64,000 bases of DNA from Eledone cirrhosa (lineage: Eukaryota). The position numbers and the translations under genes were made by a program. Of this stretch, positions 30,001-42,000 are shown piece by piece. A model generated the notes under the pieces. The model did no database searches, had not been told where the DNA came from, and saw only the letters and a program-made list of their open reading frames with translations. Within the stretch, counting starts at the first letter, position 1. Every line of letters starts with the position of its first letter. The stretch is taken from assembly GCA_964016885.1 (NCBI GenBank), contig OZ024742.1, forward strand, positions 185,938,001-186,002,000, in the 5' to 3' direction.

Positions 30001-33000
30001 TTGTTATTGCTGATGTTGCTGTTGTTATTGTTGATGTTGGTGTTGTTGCAGTTGTCGCTGTTGTTATTGTTGTTGTTGCTGTTGTTATTGTTGATGTTGC
30101 TGTTGTTGCTGTTGTTGTTGTTGTCGCTGTTGTTATTGTTGTTATTGCTGTTGTATTGCTGTTGTTATTGCTATTGCTGTTGTTATTGTTGCTGTTGTTG
30201 TTGTTATTGTTGATGTTGCTGTTGTTATTGCTGTTGTTATTGTTGATGTCGTTGTTGTTATTGTTGCTGTTGTTATTGTTGATGTTGCTGTTGTTATTGT
30301 TGATGTTGCTGTTGTTATTGTTGTTGTTGCTGTTGTTAATGCTGTTGTTATTGTTGATGTCGTTGTTGTTATTGTTGCTGTTGTTATTGTTGATGTTGCT
30401 GTTGTTATTGTTGATGTTGATGTTGTTATTCTTGATGTTGCTGTTGTTATTGCTGATGTTGCTGTTGTTATTGTTGATGTTGCTGTTGTTGCTGTTGTCG
30501 CTGTTGTTATTGTTGTTGTTGCTGTTGTTATTGTTGACGTTGCTGTTGTTATTGTTGATGTTGCTGTTGTTATTGCTGATGTTGCTGTTGTTATTGTTGA
30601 TGTTGCTGTTGTTGCAGTTGTCGCTGTTGTTATTGTTGTTGTTGCTGTTGTTATTGGTGACGTTGCTGTTGTTATTGTTGATGTTGCTGTTGTTGCAGTT
30701 GTCGCTGTTGTTATTGTTGTTGTTGCTGTTGTTATTGTTGATATTGCTGTTGTTATTGTTGATGTTGCTGTTGTTGCTGTTGTTGTTGTTGTCGCTGTTG
30801 TTATTGTTGTTATTGCTGTTGTTATTGCTGTTGCTGTTGTTATTTTTGATGTTGTTGTTGTTATTGTTGATGTTGCTGTTGTTATTGCTGTTGTTATTGT
30901 TGATGTCGTTGTTGTTATTGTTGTTATTGCTGTTGTTATTGTTGATGTTGCTGTTGTTATTTTTGATGTTGCTGTTGTTATTGTTTTTGTTGCTGTTGTT
31001 AATGCTGTTGTTATTGTTGATGTCGTTGTTGTTATTGTTGCTGTTGTTATTGTTGATGTTGCTGTTCTTATTGTGGATGTTGCTGTTGTTATTGCTGTTG
31101 TTATTGTTGATGTTGCTATTGTTATTGCTGTTGTTGCTGTTGTTATTGTTGATGTTGCTGTTGTTATTGTTGATGTTGCTGTTGTTATTGCTGATGTTGC
31201 TGTTGTTATTGTTGATGTTGCTGTTGTTGCTGTTGTCGCTGTTGTTATTGTTGTTGTTGCTGTTGTTATTGTTGATGTTGCTGTTGTTGCCGTTGTTGCT
31301 GTTGTTATTGTTGTTATTGCTCTTGTTATTTCTGTTGCTGTTGTTATTGTTGATGTTGTTGTTGTTATTGCTGATGTTGCTGTTGTTATTGTTGATGTTG
31401 ATGTTGTTGCTGTTGTCGCTGTTGTTATTGTTGATGTTGTTGTTGTTATTGTTGGTGTTGCTGTTGTTATTGTGAATGTTGCTGTTGTTATTGTTGTTAT
31501 TGCTGTTGTTCTTGTTGATGTTGCTGTTGTTATTGTTGATGTTGCTGTTGTTATTGTTGATGTTGTTATTGTTGTTATTGCTGTTGTTATTGTTGATGTT
31601 GCTGTTGTTATTTTTGATGTTGCTGTTGTTATTGCTGATGTTGCTGTTGTTATTGTTGATGTAGCTGTTGTTGCAGTTGTCGCTGTTGTTATTGTTGTTG
31701 TTGCTGTTGTTATTGTTGATGTTGCTGTTGTTGCTGTTGTTGTTGTTGTTGCTGTTGTTATTGTTGTTATTGCTGTTGTTATTGCTGTTGCTGTTGTTAT
31801 TGTTGATGTTGTTGTTGTTATTGTTGATGTTGCTGTTGTTATTGCTGTTGTTATTGTTGATGTCGTTGTTGTTATTGTTGCTGTTGTTATTGTTGATGTT
31901 GCTGTTGTTATTGTTGATGTTGCTGTTGTTATTGTTGTTGTTGCTGTTGTTATTGCTGTTGTTATTGTTGATGTTGCTGTTATTATTGTTGATGTTGCTG
32001 TTGTTATTGTTGATGTTGATGTTATTGTTGATGTTGCTGTTGTTATTGTTGTTATTGCTGTTTTTCTTGTTGATGTTGCCGTTGTTATTGTTGTTGTTGC
32101 TGTTGTTATTATTGATGTTGCTGTTGTTATTGTTGTTGTTGCTGTTGTTATTGTTGTTATTGCTGTTGTTCTTGTTGATGTTGCTGTTGTCATTGTTGAT
32201 GTTGCAGTTATTCTTGTTGTCGTTGCTGTTGTTATTGTTGATGTTGCTGTTGTTATTGTTGATGTTGCTGTTGTTGTTGCTGTTGTCGCTGTTGTACTTG
32301 TTGATGTTGCTGTTGTTATTGTTGATGTTGCTGTTGTTATTGTTGATGTTGGTGTTGTTATTCTTGTTATTGCTGTTGTTCTTGTTGATGTTGCTGTTGT
32401 TATTGTTGATGTTGCTGTTGTTATTGTTGATGATGTTATTGTTGTTATTGCTGGTGTTATTGTTGATGTTGCTGTTGTTATTGTTGATGTTGCTGTTGTT
32501 ATTGCTGATGTTGCTGTTGTTATTGTTGATGTTCTTGTTGTTGCAGTTGTCGCTGTTGTTATTGTTGTTGTTGCTGTTGTTATTGTTGATGTTGCTGTTG
32601 TTGCTGTTGTTGTTGTTGTCGCTGTTGTTATTGTTGTTATTGCTGTTGTTATTGCTGTTGCTGTTGTTATTGTTGATGTTGTTGTTGTTATTGTTGATGT
32701 TGCTGTTGTTATTGCTGTTGTTATTGTTGATGTCGTTCTTGTTATTGTTGCTGTTGTTATTGTTGATGTTGCTGTTGTTATTGTTGATGGTGCTGTTGTT
32801 ATTGTTGTTGTTGCTGTTGTTAATGCTGTTGTTATTGTTGATGTTGCTGTTGTTATTGTCGATGTTGCTGTTGTTATTGTTGATGTTGCTGTTGTTATTT
32901 TTGATGTTGCTGTTGTTATTTTTGATGTTGCTGTTGTTATTGTTGATATTGCTGTTGTTATTGTTGATGTTGCTCTTGTTATTGTTGATGTTGCTGTTGT

Positions 33001-36000
33001 TATTGTTGCTGTTGTTATTGTTGTTATTGCTGTTGTTATTGTTGATGTTGCTGTTATTATTGTTGATGTTGCTGTTATTGTTGATTTTGATGTTATTGTT
33101 GATGTTTCTGTTGTTATTGTTGTTATTGCTGTTTTTTTTGTTGATGTTGCCGTTGTTATTGTTGTTGTTGCTGTTGTTATTGTTGTTGTTGCTGTTGTTA
33201 TTGTTGTTATTGCTGTTGTTCTTGTTGATGTTGCTGTTGTTATTGTTGATGTTGCAGTTATTCTTGTTGTTGTGGCTGTTGTTATTGTTGATGTTGCTGT
33301 TGTAATTGTTGATGTCGCTGTTGTTATTGTTGTTGTTGCTGTTGTTATTGTTGATGTTGCTGTTGTTGCTGTTGTTGTTGTCGCTGTTGTTATTGTTGTT
33401 ATTGCTGTTGTTATTGCTGTTTCTGTTGTTATTGTTGATGTTGTTGTTGTTATTCTTGATGTTGCTGTTGTTATTGCTGTTGTTATTGTTGATGTCGTTG
33501 TTGTTATTGTTGCTGTTGTTATTGTTGATGTTGCTGTTGTTATTGTTGATGTTGCTGTTGTTATTGTTGTTGTTGCTGTTGTTAATGATGTTCTTATTGT
33601 TGATGTTGCTGTTATTATTGGTGTTGTTATTGTTGATGTTGCTATTGTTATTGCTGTTGTTGCTGTTGTTATTGTTGATGTTGCTGTTGTTATTGTTGAT
33701 GTTGCTGTTGTTATTGTTGTTATTGCTGTTGTTATTGTTGATGTTGCTGTTGTTATTGTTGCTGTTGTTAAAGTTGTTATTGCTGTTGTTATTGTTGATG
33801 TTGCTGTTGTTATTGTTGTTGTTGCTGTTGTCATTGTTGATGTTGCTGTTGTTTGTTGTTGTTGCTGTTGTTATAGCTGATGTTTTTATTGTTGATGTTG
33901 CTGTTGTTATTGTTGCTGTTGTTATTGTTGATGTTGCTGTTGTTATTTTTGTTGTTGCTGTTGTTATTTTTGATGTTGCTGTTGTTATTGTTGATGTTGC
34001 TGTTGTTATTGTTGCTGTTTTTATTGTTGATGTTGCTGTTGTTATTGTTGATGTTGCTGTTGTTATTGTTGTTGTTGCTGTTGTTATTTTTGATGTTGCT
34101 GATGTTGTTGCTGTTGTTGCGGTTGTTACTGTTGTTATTGCTGATGTTGCTGTTGGTATTGTTGATGTTGCTGTTGTTATTGTTGCTGTTGTTATTGTTA
34201 ATGTTGCTGTTGTTATTGTTGATATTGCTGTTGTTATTGTTGATGTTGCTGTTGTTATTTTTGCTGTTGTTATTGTTGATGTTGCTGTTGTTATTGTCGA
34301 TGTTGCTGTTGTTATTGTTGATATTGCTGTTGTTATTGTTGCTGTTGTTATTGTTGATGTTGCTGTTGTTATTGTTGCTGTTGTTATGGTTGATGTTGCT
34401 GTTGTTATTGTTGATGTTGCTGTTGTTATTTTTGATGATGCTGTTGTTATTTTTGATGTTGCTGTTGTTATTGTTGATGTTGCTGTTATTATTGTTGATG
34501 TTGCTGTTGTTATTGTTGATGTTGCTGTTGTTATTGCTGATGTTGCTGTTGGTATTGCTGATGTTGCTGTTGGTAATGTTGATGTTGCTGTTGTTATTGT
34601 TGATGTTGCTGTTGTTATTGTTGTTGTTGCTGTTGTTATTGTTGATGTTGCTGTTGTTATTGTTGTTGTTGCTGTTGTTATTGTTTTTATTGCTGTTGTT
34701 CTTGTTGATGTTGCTGTTGTTATTGTTGATGTTGCGGTTATTCTTGTTGTTGTTGCTGTTGTTATTGTTGATGTTGCTGTTGTAATTGTTGATGTTGCTG
34801 TTGTTCTTGTTGATGTTGCTGTTGTTATTGTTGTTGTTGCTGTTGTTATTGTTGATGTTGCTGTTGTTATTGTTGATGTTGCTGTTGTTATTGTTGATGT
34901 TGCTGTTGTTATTGTTGTTATTGCTGTTGTTCTTGTTGATGTTGCTGTTGTTATTGTTGATGTTGCTGTTGTTATTGTTGATGTTGTTATTGTTGTTATT
35001 GCTGTTGTTATTGTTGATGTTGCTGTTGTTATTTTTGATGTTGATGTTGTTATTGCTGATGTTGCTGTTGTTATTGTTGATGTTGCTGTTGTTGCAGTTG
35101 TCGCTGTTGTTATTGTTGATGTTGCTGTTGTTATTGCTGATGTTGCTGTTGTTATTGTTGATGTTCCTGTTGTTGCAGTTGTCGTTGTTGTTATTGTTGT
35201 TGTTGCTGTTGTTATTGTTGATGTTGCTGTTGTTGCTGTTGTTGTTGTTGTCGCTGTTGTTATTGTTGTTATTGCTGTAGTTATTGCTGTTGCTGTTGTT
35301 ATTGTTGGTGTTGATGTTATTGTTGATGTTGCTGTTGTTATTGTTGTTATTGCTGTTGTTATTGTTGATGTTGCTGTTGTTATTGCTGATGTTGCTGTTG
35401 TTATTGTTGATGTTCCTGTTGTTGCAGTTGTCGTTGTTGTTATTGTTGTTGTTGCTGTTGTTATTGTTGATGTTGTTATTGTTGATGTTGCTGTTGTTGT
35501 TGTTGATGTTGCTGTTGTTATTGTTGATGTTGCTGTTGTTATTGTTGTTATTGCTGTTGTTCTTGTTGATGTTGCTGTTGTTATTGTTGTTGTTGCTGTT
35601 GTTATTGTTGATGTTGCTGTTGTTATTGTTGCTTTTGTTATTGCTGATGTTGCTGTTCTTATTGTTGTTATTGATGTTGTTATTGTTGTTATTGCTGTTT
35701 TTATTGTTGTTATTGCTGTTGTTATTGCTGATGTTGCTGTTGTTATTGTTGTTGCTGTTGTTAGTTGTTGTTATTGCTGTTGTTATTGTTGATGTTGCTG
35801 TTGTTATTGTTGAGGTTGCTGTTGTTGTTGCTGTTGTTATTGTTGATGTTGCTGTTGTTATTGTTGATGTTGCTGTTGTTATTGTTCTTGTTGCTGTTGT
35901 TATTGTTGATGTTGCTGTTGTTATTGTTGATGTTGCTGTTGTTGATTTTGTTGCTGTTGTTATTGTTGATGTTGCTGTTGTTATTGTTGTTGTTGCTGTT

Positions 36001-39000
36001 GTTATTGTTGATGTTGCAGTTGTTATTTTTTTGTTGCTGTTGTTATTGTTGTTGTTGCTGTTGTTATTTTGGTTGATGCTGTTGTTGTTGCTGTTATTAT
36101 TGTTATTGTTTTTGTTGTTATTGTTGCTGTTGTTATTGTTGATGTTGCTGTTGTTGTTGCTGTTGTCGCTGTTGTTATTGTTGATGTTGCTGTTGTTATT
36201 GCTGTTGTTGCTGTTGTTATTGTTGTTGTTGCTGTTGTTATTGTTGATGTTGCTGTTGTTATTTTTGTTGTTGCTGTTGTTATTGTTGTTGTTGCTGTTG
36301 TTATTGTTGTTGATGCTGTTGTTATTGTTGATGTTGCTTTTGTTATTGTTACTGTTGTTATTGTTGATGTTGCTGTTGTTATTGTTATTGTTTCTGTTGT
36401 TATTGTTGTTGTTGCTGTTGTTATTGTTGATGTTGCTGTTGTTATTGTTGCTGTTGTTATTGTTACTGTTGTTATTGTTGAAGTTGCTGTTGTTATTTTT
36501 GCTGTTGTTATTGTTGTTGTTGATGTTGCTGTTGTTATTGTTGTTGTTGCTGTTGTTATTGCTGATGTTGTTATTGTTGATGTTGCTGTTGTTATTATTG
36601 TTGTTGCTGTTGTTATTGCTGATGTTGTTATTGTTGATGTTACTGTTGTTATTGTTGATGTTGCTGATGTTATTGTTGATGTAGTTGTTGTTGTTATTAT
36701 TGATGTTGCTGTTGTTATTGTTGTAGTTGCTGTTATTATTGTTGTTGTTGCTGTTGTTACTGTTGATGTTGATGTTGTTATTGTTGTAGTTGCTGTTGTT
36801 ATTGTTGTTGTTGTTATTGTTGTTGTTGCTGTCATTATTTTTGTTGTTATTGTTATTGTTGATGTTGATGTTGCCGTTGTTATTTTTGATGTTGCTGTTG
36901 TTTTTGTTGTTATTGTTGTCGCTGTTGTTATTGTTGCTCTTGTTATTGCTGATGTTGCTGTTCTTATTGTTGTTATTGCTGTTGTTATCGTTGATGTTGC
37001 TGTTGTTATTGTTGATGTTGCTGTTGTTATTGTTGTTGTTGCTGTTGTTATTGCTGGTATTGTTATTGTTGATGTTGCTGTTGTTATTGTTGCTGTTGTT
37101 ATTGTTGATGTTGCTGTTGTTATTGTTGATGTCGCTGTTGTTATTGTTGATGTTGCTGTTGTTATTGTTGTTATTGCTGTTGTTCTTGTTGATGTTGCTG
37201 TTGTTATTGTTGTTGTTGCTGTTGTTATTGTTGATGTTGCTGTTGTTATTCTTGTTGTTGCTGTTGTTATTGCTGGTGTTGTTATTGTTGATGATGCTGT
37301 TGTTATTGTTGATGTTGCTGTTGTTATTGTTGTTGTTGCTGTTATTATTGCTGGTGTTTTTATTGTTGATGATGCTGTTGTTGATGTTGATGTTGCTGTT
37401 GTTATTGTTGATGTTGCTGTTGTTATTGTTGATGTTGCTGTTGATATTGTTGATGTTGTTATTGTTGATGTTGTTGTTGTTATTGTTGTTGTTGCTGTTG
37501 TTATTGTTGATGTTGTTGTTATTGTTGTTGTTGTTATTGTTGATGTTGATGTTATTGTTGATGTTTCTGTTGTTATTGTTGTTATTGCTGTTGTTCTTGT
37601 TGATGTTGCTGTTGTTATTGTTGTTGTTGCTGTTGTTATTGTTGATGTTGCTGTTGTTATTGTTGATGTTGCTCTTGTTATTGTTGATGTTGCTGTTGTT
37701 ATTGTTGCTGTTGTTATTGTTGTTATTGCTGTTGTTATTGTTGATGTTGCTGTTATTATTGTTGATGTTGCTGTTATTGTTGATTTTGATGTTATTGTTG
37801 ATGTTTCTGTTGTTATTGTTGTTATTGCTGTTTTTTTTGTTGATGTTGCCGTTGTTATTGTTGTTGTTGCTGTTGTTATTGTTGTTGTTGCTGTTGTTAT
37901 TGTTGTTATTGCTGTTGTTCTTGTTGATGTTGCTGTTGTTATTGTTGATGTTGCAGTTATTCTTGTTGCTGTGGCTGTTGTTATTGTTGATGTTGCTGTT
38001 GTAATTGTTGATGTCGCTGTTGTTATTGTTGTTGTTGCTGTTGTTATTGTTGATGTTGCTGTTGTTGCTGTTGTTGTTGTTGTCGCTGTTGTTATTGTTG
38101 TTATTGCTGTTGTTATTGCTGTTGCTGTTGTTATTGTTGATGTTGTTGTTGTTATTGTTGATGTTGCTGTTGTTATTGCTGTTGTTATTGTTGATGTCGT
38201 TGTTGTTATTGTTGCTGTTGTTATTGTTGATGTTGCTGTTGTTATTGTTGATGTTGCTGTTGTTATTGTTGTTGTTGCTGTTGTTAATGATGTTCTTATT
38301 GTTGATGTTGCTGTTATTATTGGTGTTGTTATTGTTGATGTTGCTATTGTTATTGCTGTTGTTGTTCTTGTTATTGTTGATGTTGCTGTTGTTATTGTTG
38401 ATGTTGCTGTTGTAATTGTTGTTATTGCTGTTGTTATTGTTGATGTTGCTGTTGTTATTGTTGCTGTTGTTAAAGTTGTTATTGCTGTTGTTATTGTTGA
38501 TGTTGCTGTTGTTATTGTTGTTGTTGCTGTTGTCATTGTTGATGTTGCTGTTGTTTGTTGTTGTTGCTGTTGTTATAGCTGATGTTTTTATTGTTGATAT
38601 TGCTGTTGTTATTGTTGCTGTTGTTATTGTTGATGTTGCTGTTGTTATTTTTGTTGTTGCTGTTGTTATTTTTGATGTTGCTGTTGTTATTGTTGATGTT
38701 GCTGTTGTTATTGTTGCTGTTGTTATTGTTGATGTTGCTGTTGTTATTGTTGATGTTGCTGTTGTTATTGTTGTTGTTGCTGTTGTTATTTTTGATGTTG
38801 CTGATGTTGTTGCTGTTGTTGCTGTTGTTACTGTTGTTATTGCTGATGTTGCTGTTGGTATTGTTGATGTTGCTGTTGTTATTGTTGTTATTGCTGTTGT
38901 TATTGTTGCTGTTGTTATTGTTAATGTTGCTGTTGTTATTGTTGATATTGCTGTTGTTATTGTTGATGTTGCTGTTGTTATTTTTGCTGTTGTTATTGTT

Positions 39001-42000
39001 GATGTTGCTGTTGTTATTGTCGATGTTGCTGTTGTTATTGTTGATATTGCTGTTGTTATTGTTGCTGTTGTTATTGTTGATGTTGCTGTTGTTATTGTTG
39101 CTGTTGTTATGGTTGATGTTGCTGTTGTTATTGTTGATGTTGCTGTTGTTATTTTTGATGTTGCTGTTGTTATTTTTGATGTTGCTGTTGTTATTGTTGA
39201 TGTTGCTGTTATTATTGTTGATGTTGCTGTTGTTATTGTTGATGTTGCTGTTGTTATTGCTGATGTTGCTGTTGGTATTGCTGATGTTGCTGTTGGTAAT
39301 GTTGATGTTGCTGTTGTTATTGTTGATGTTGCTGTTGTTACTGTTGTTGTTGCTGTTGTTATTGTTGATGTTGCTGTTGTTATTGTTGTTGTTGCTGTTG
39401 TTATTGTTTTTATTGCTGTTGTTCTTGTTGATGTTGCTGTTGTTATTGTTGATGTTGCGGTTATTCTTGTTGTTGTTGCTGTTGTTATTGTTGATGTTGC
39501 TGTTGTAATTGTTGATGTTGCTGTTGTTCTTGTTGATGTTGCTGTTGTTATTGTTGTTGTTGCTGTTGTTATTGTTGATGTTGCTGTTGTTATTGTTGAT
39601 GTCGCTGTTGTTATTGTTGATGTTGCTGTTGTTATTGTTGTTATTGCTGTTGTTCTTGTTGATGTTGCTGTTGTTATTGTTGATGTTGCTGTTGTTATTG
39701 TTGATGTTGTTATTGTTGTTATTGCTGTTGTTATTGTTGATGTTGCTGTTGTTATTTTTGATGTTGATGTTGTTATTGCTGATGTTGCTGTTGTTATTGT
39801 TGATGTTGCTGTTGTTGCAGTTGTCGCTGTTGTTATTGTTGTTGTTGCTGTTGTTATTGTTGATGTTGCTGTTGTTGCTGTTGTTATTGTTGTTGCTGTT
39901 GCTATTGTTGTTATTGCTGTTGTTATTGCTGTTGCTGTTGTTATTGTTGATGTTGTTGTTGTTATTGTTGATGTTGCTGTTGTTATTGCTGTTGTTATTG
40001 TTGATGTCGTTGTTGTTATTGTTGCTGTTGTTATTGTTGATGTTGCTGTTGTTATTGTTGATGTTGCTGTTATTATTGTTGATGTTGCTGTTGTTATTGT
40101 TGATGTTGATGTTATTGTTGATGTTGCTGTTGTTATTGTTGTTATTGCTGTTTTTCTTGTTGATGTTGCCGTTGTTATTGTTGTTGTTGCTGTTGTTATT
40201 ATTGATGTTGCTGTTGTTATTGTTGTTGTTGCTGTTGTTATTGTTGTTATTGCTGTTGTTCTTGTTGATGTTGCAGTTATTCTTGTTGTAGTTACTGTTG
40301 TTATTGTTGATGTTGCTGTTGTAATTGTTGATGTTGCTGTTGTTATTGTTGATGTTGCTGTTGTTATTGTTGTTGTTGCTGTTGTTATTGTTGATGTTGC
40401 TGTTGTTATTGTTGATGTTGCTGTTGTTATTGTTGATGTTGCTGTTGTTATTGTTGTTATTGCTGTTGTTCTTGTTGATGTTGATGTTGTTATTGTTGAT
40501 GTTGCTGTTGTTATTGTTGATGTTGTTATTGTTGTTATTGCTGTTGTTATTGTTGATGTTGCTGTTGTTATGGCTGATGTTGCTGTTGTTATTGTTGATG
40601 TTCCTGTTGTTGCAGTTGTCGTTGTTGTTATTGTTGTTGTTGCTGTTGTTATTGTTGATGTTGCTGTTGTTGCTGTTGTTGTTGTTGTCGCTGTTGTTAT
40701 TGTTGTTATTGCTGTAGTTATTGCTGTTGCTGTTGTTATTGTTGGTGTTGATGTTATTGTTGATGTTGCTGTTGTTATTGTTGTTATTGCTGTTGTTATT
40801 GTTGATGTTGCTGTTGTTATTGCTGATGTTGCTGTTGTTATTGTTGATGTTCCTGTTGTTGCAGTTGTCGTTGTTGTTATTGTTGTTGTTGCTGTTGTTA
40901 TTGTTATTGTTGATGTTGCTGTTGTTATTGTTGTTATTGCTGTTGTTCTTGTTGATGTTGCTGTTGTTATTGTTGTTGTTGCTGTTGTTATTGTTGATGT
41001 TGCTGTTGTTATTATTGTTGTTGCTGTTGTTATTGTTGATGTTGCTGTTGTTATTGTTGTTGTTGCTGTTGTTATTGCTGGTGTTGTTATTGTTGATGTT
41101 GATGTTGTTATTGTTGCTGTTGTTATTGTTGATGTTGCTGTTGTTATTGTTGATGTTGCTGTTGTTATTGTTGATGTTGCTGTTGTTATTGTTATTGTTG
41201 TTGTTGCTGTTGTTATTGTTGATGTTGTTGTTATTGTTGTTGTTATTGTTATTGTTGATGTTGATGTTATTGTTGATGTTGCTGTTGTTATTGTTGTTAT
41301 TGCTGTTGTTCTTGTTGATGTTGCTGTTGTTATTGTTGTTGTTGCTGTTGTTATTGTTGATGTTGCTGTTGTTATTGTTGTTGTTGCTGTTGTTATTGCT
41401 GGTGTTGTTATTGTTGATGTTGCTGTTGTTGATGTTGCTGTTGTTATTGTTGATGTTGCTGTTTTTATTGTTGATGTTGCTGTTGTTATTGTTGATGTTG
41501 CTGTTGTTATTGTTGTTGTTGTTATTGTTGATGTTGATGTTGCTGTTGAAGTTGCTGTTGTTATTTTTGATGTTGCTGTTGTCGCTGTGGTTATTGTTGC
41601 TGTTGTTATTGTTGCTGTTGTTATTGCTGATGTTGCTGTTCTTATTGCTGTTGTTATTGTTGATGTTGCTGTTGTTATTGTTGATGTTGCTGTTGTTGTT
41701 GATGTTGTGGCTATTATTATTGTTGTTATTGCTGTTGTTATCGTTGTTGTTGCTGTTGTTATTGTTGTTACTGCTGTTTTTATTGTTGTTATTGCTGTTG
41801 TTATTGCTGATGTTTCTCTTGTTATTGCTGATGTTGCTGTTGTTATTGTTGTTGCTGTTGTTATTGTTGATATTGCTGTTGTTATTGTTGATGTTGCTTT
41901 TGTTATTGCTGTTGTGGCTGTTGTTATTGTTGATGTTGCTGTTGTTATTGTTGATGTTGCTGTTGTTATTGTTGATGTTGCTGTTGTTGTTGCTGTTGTC

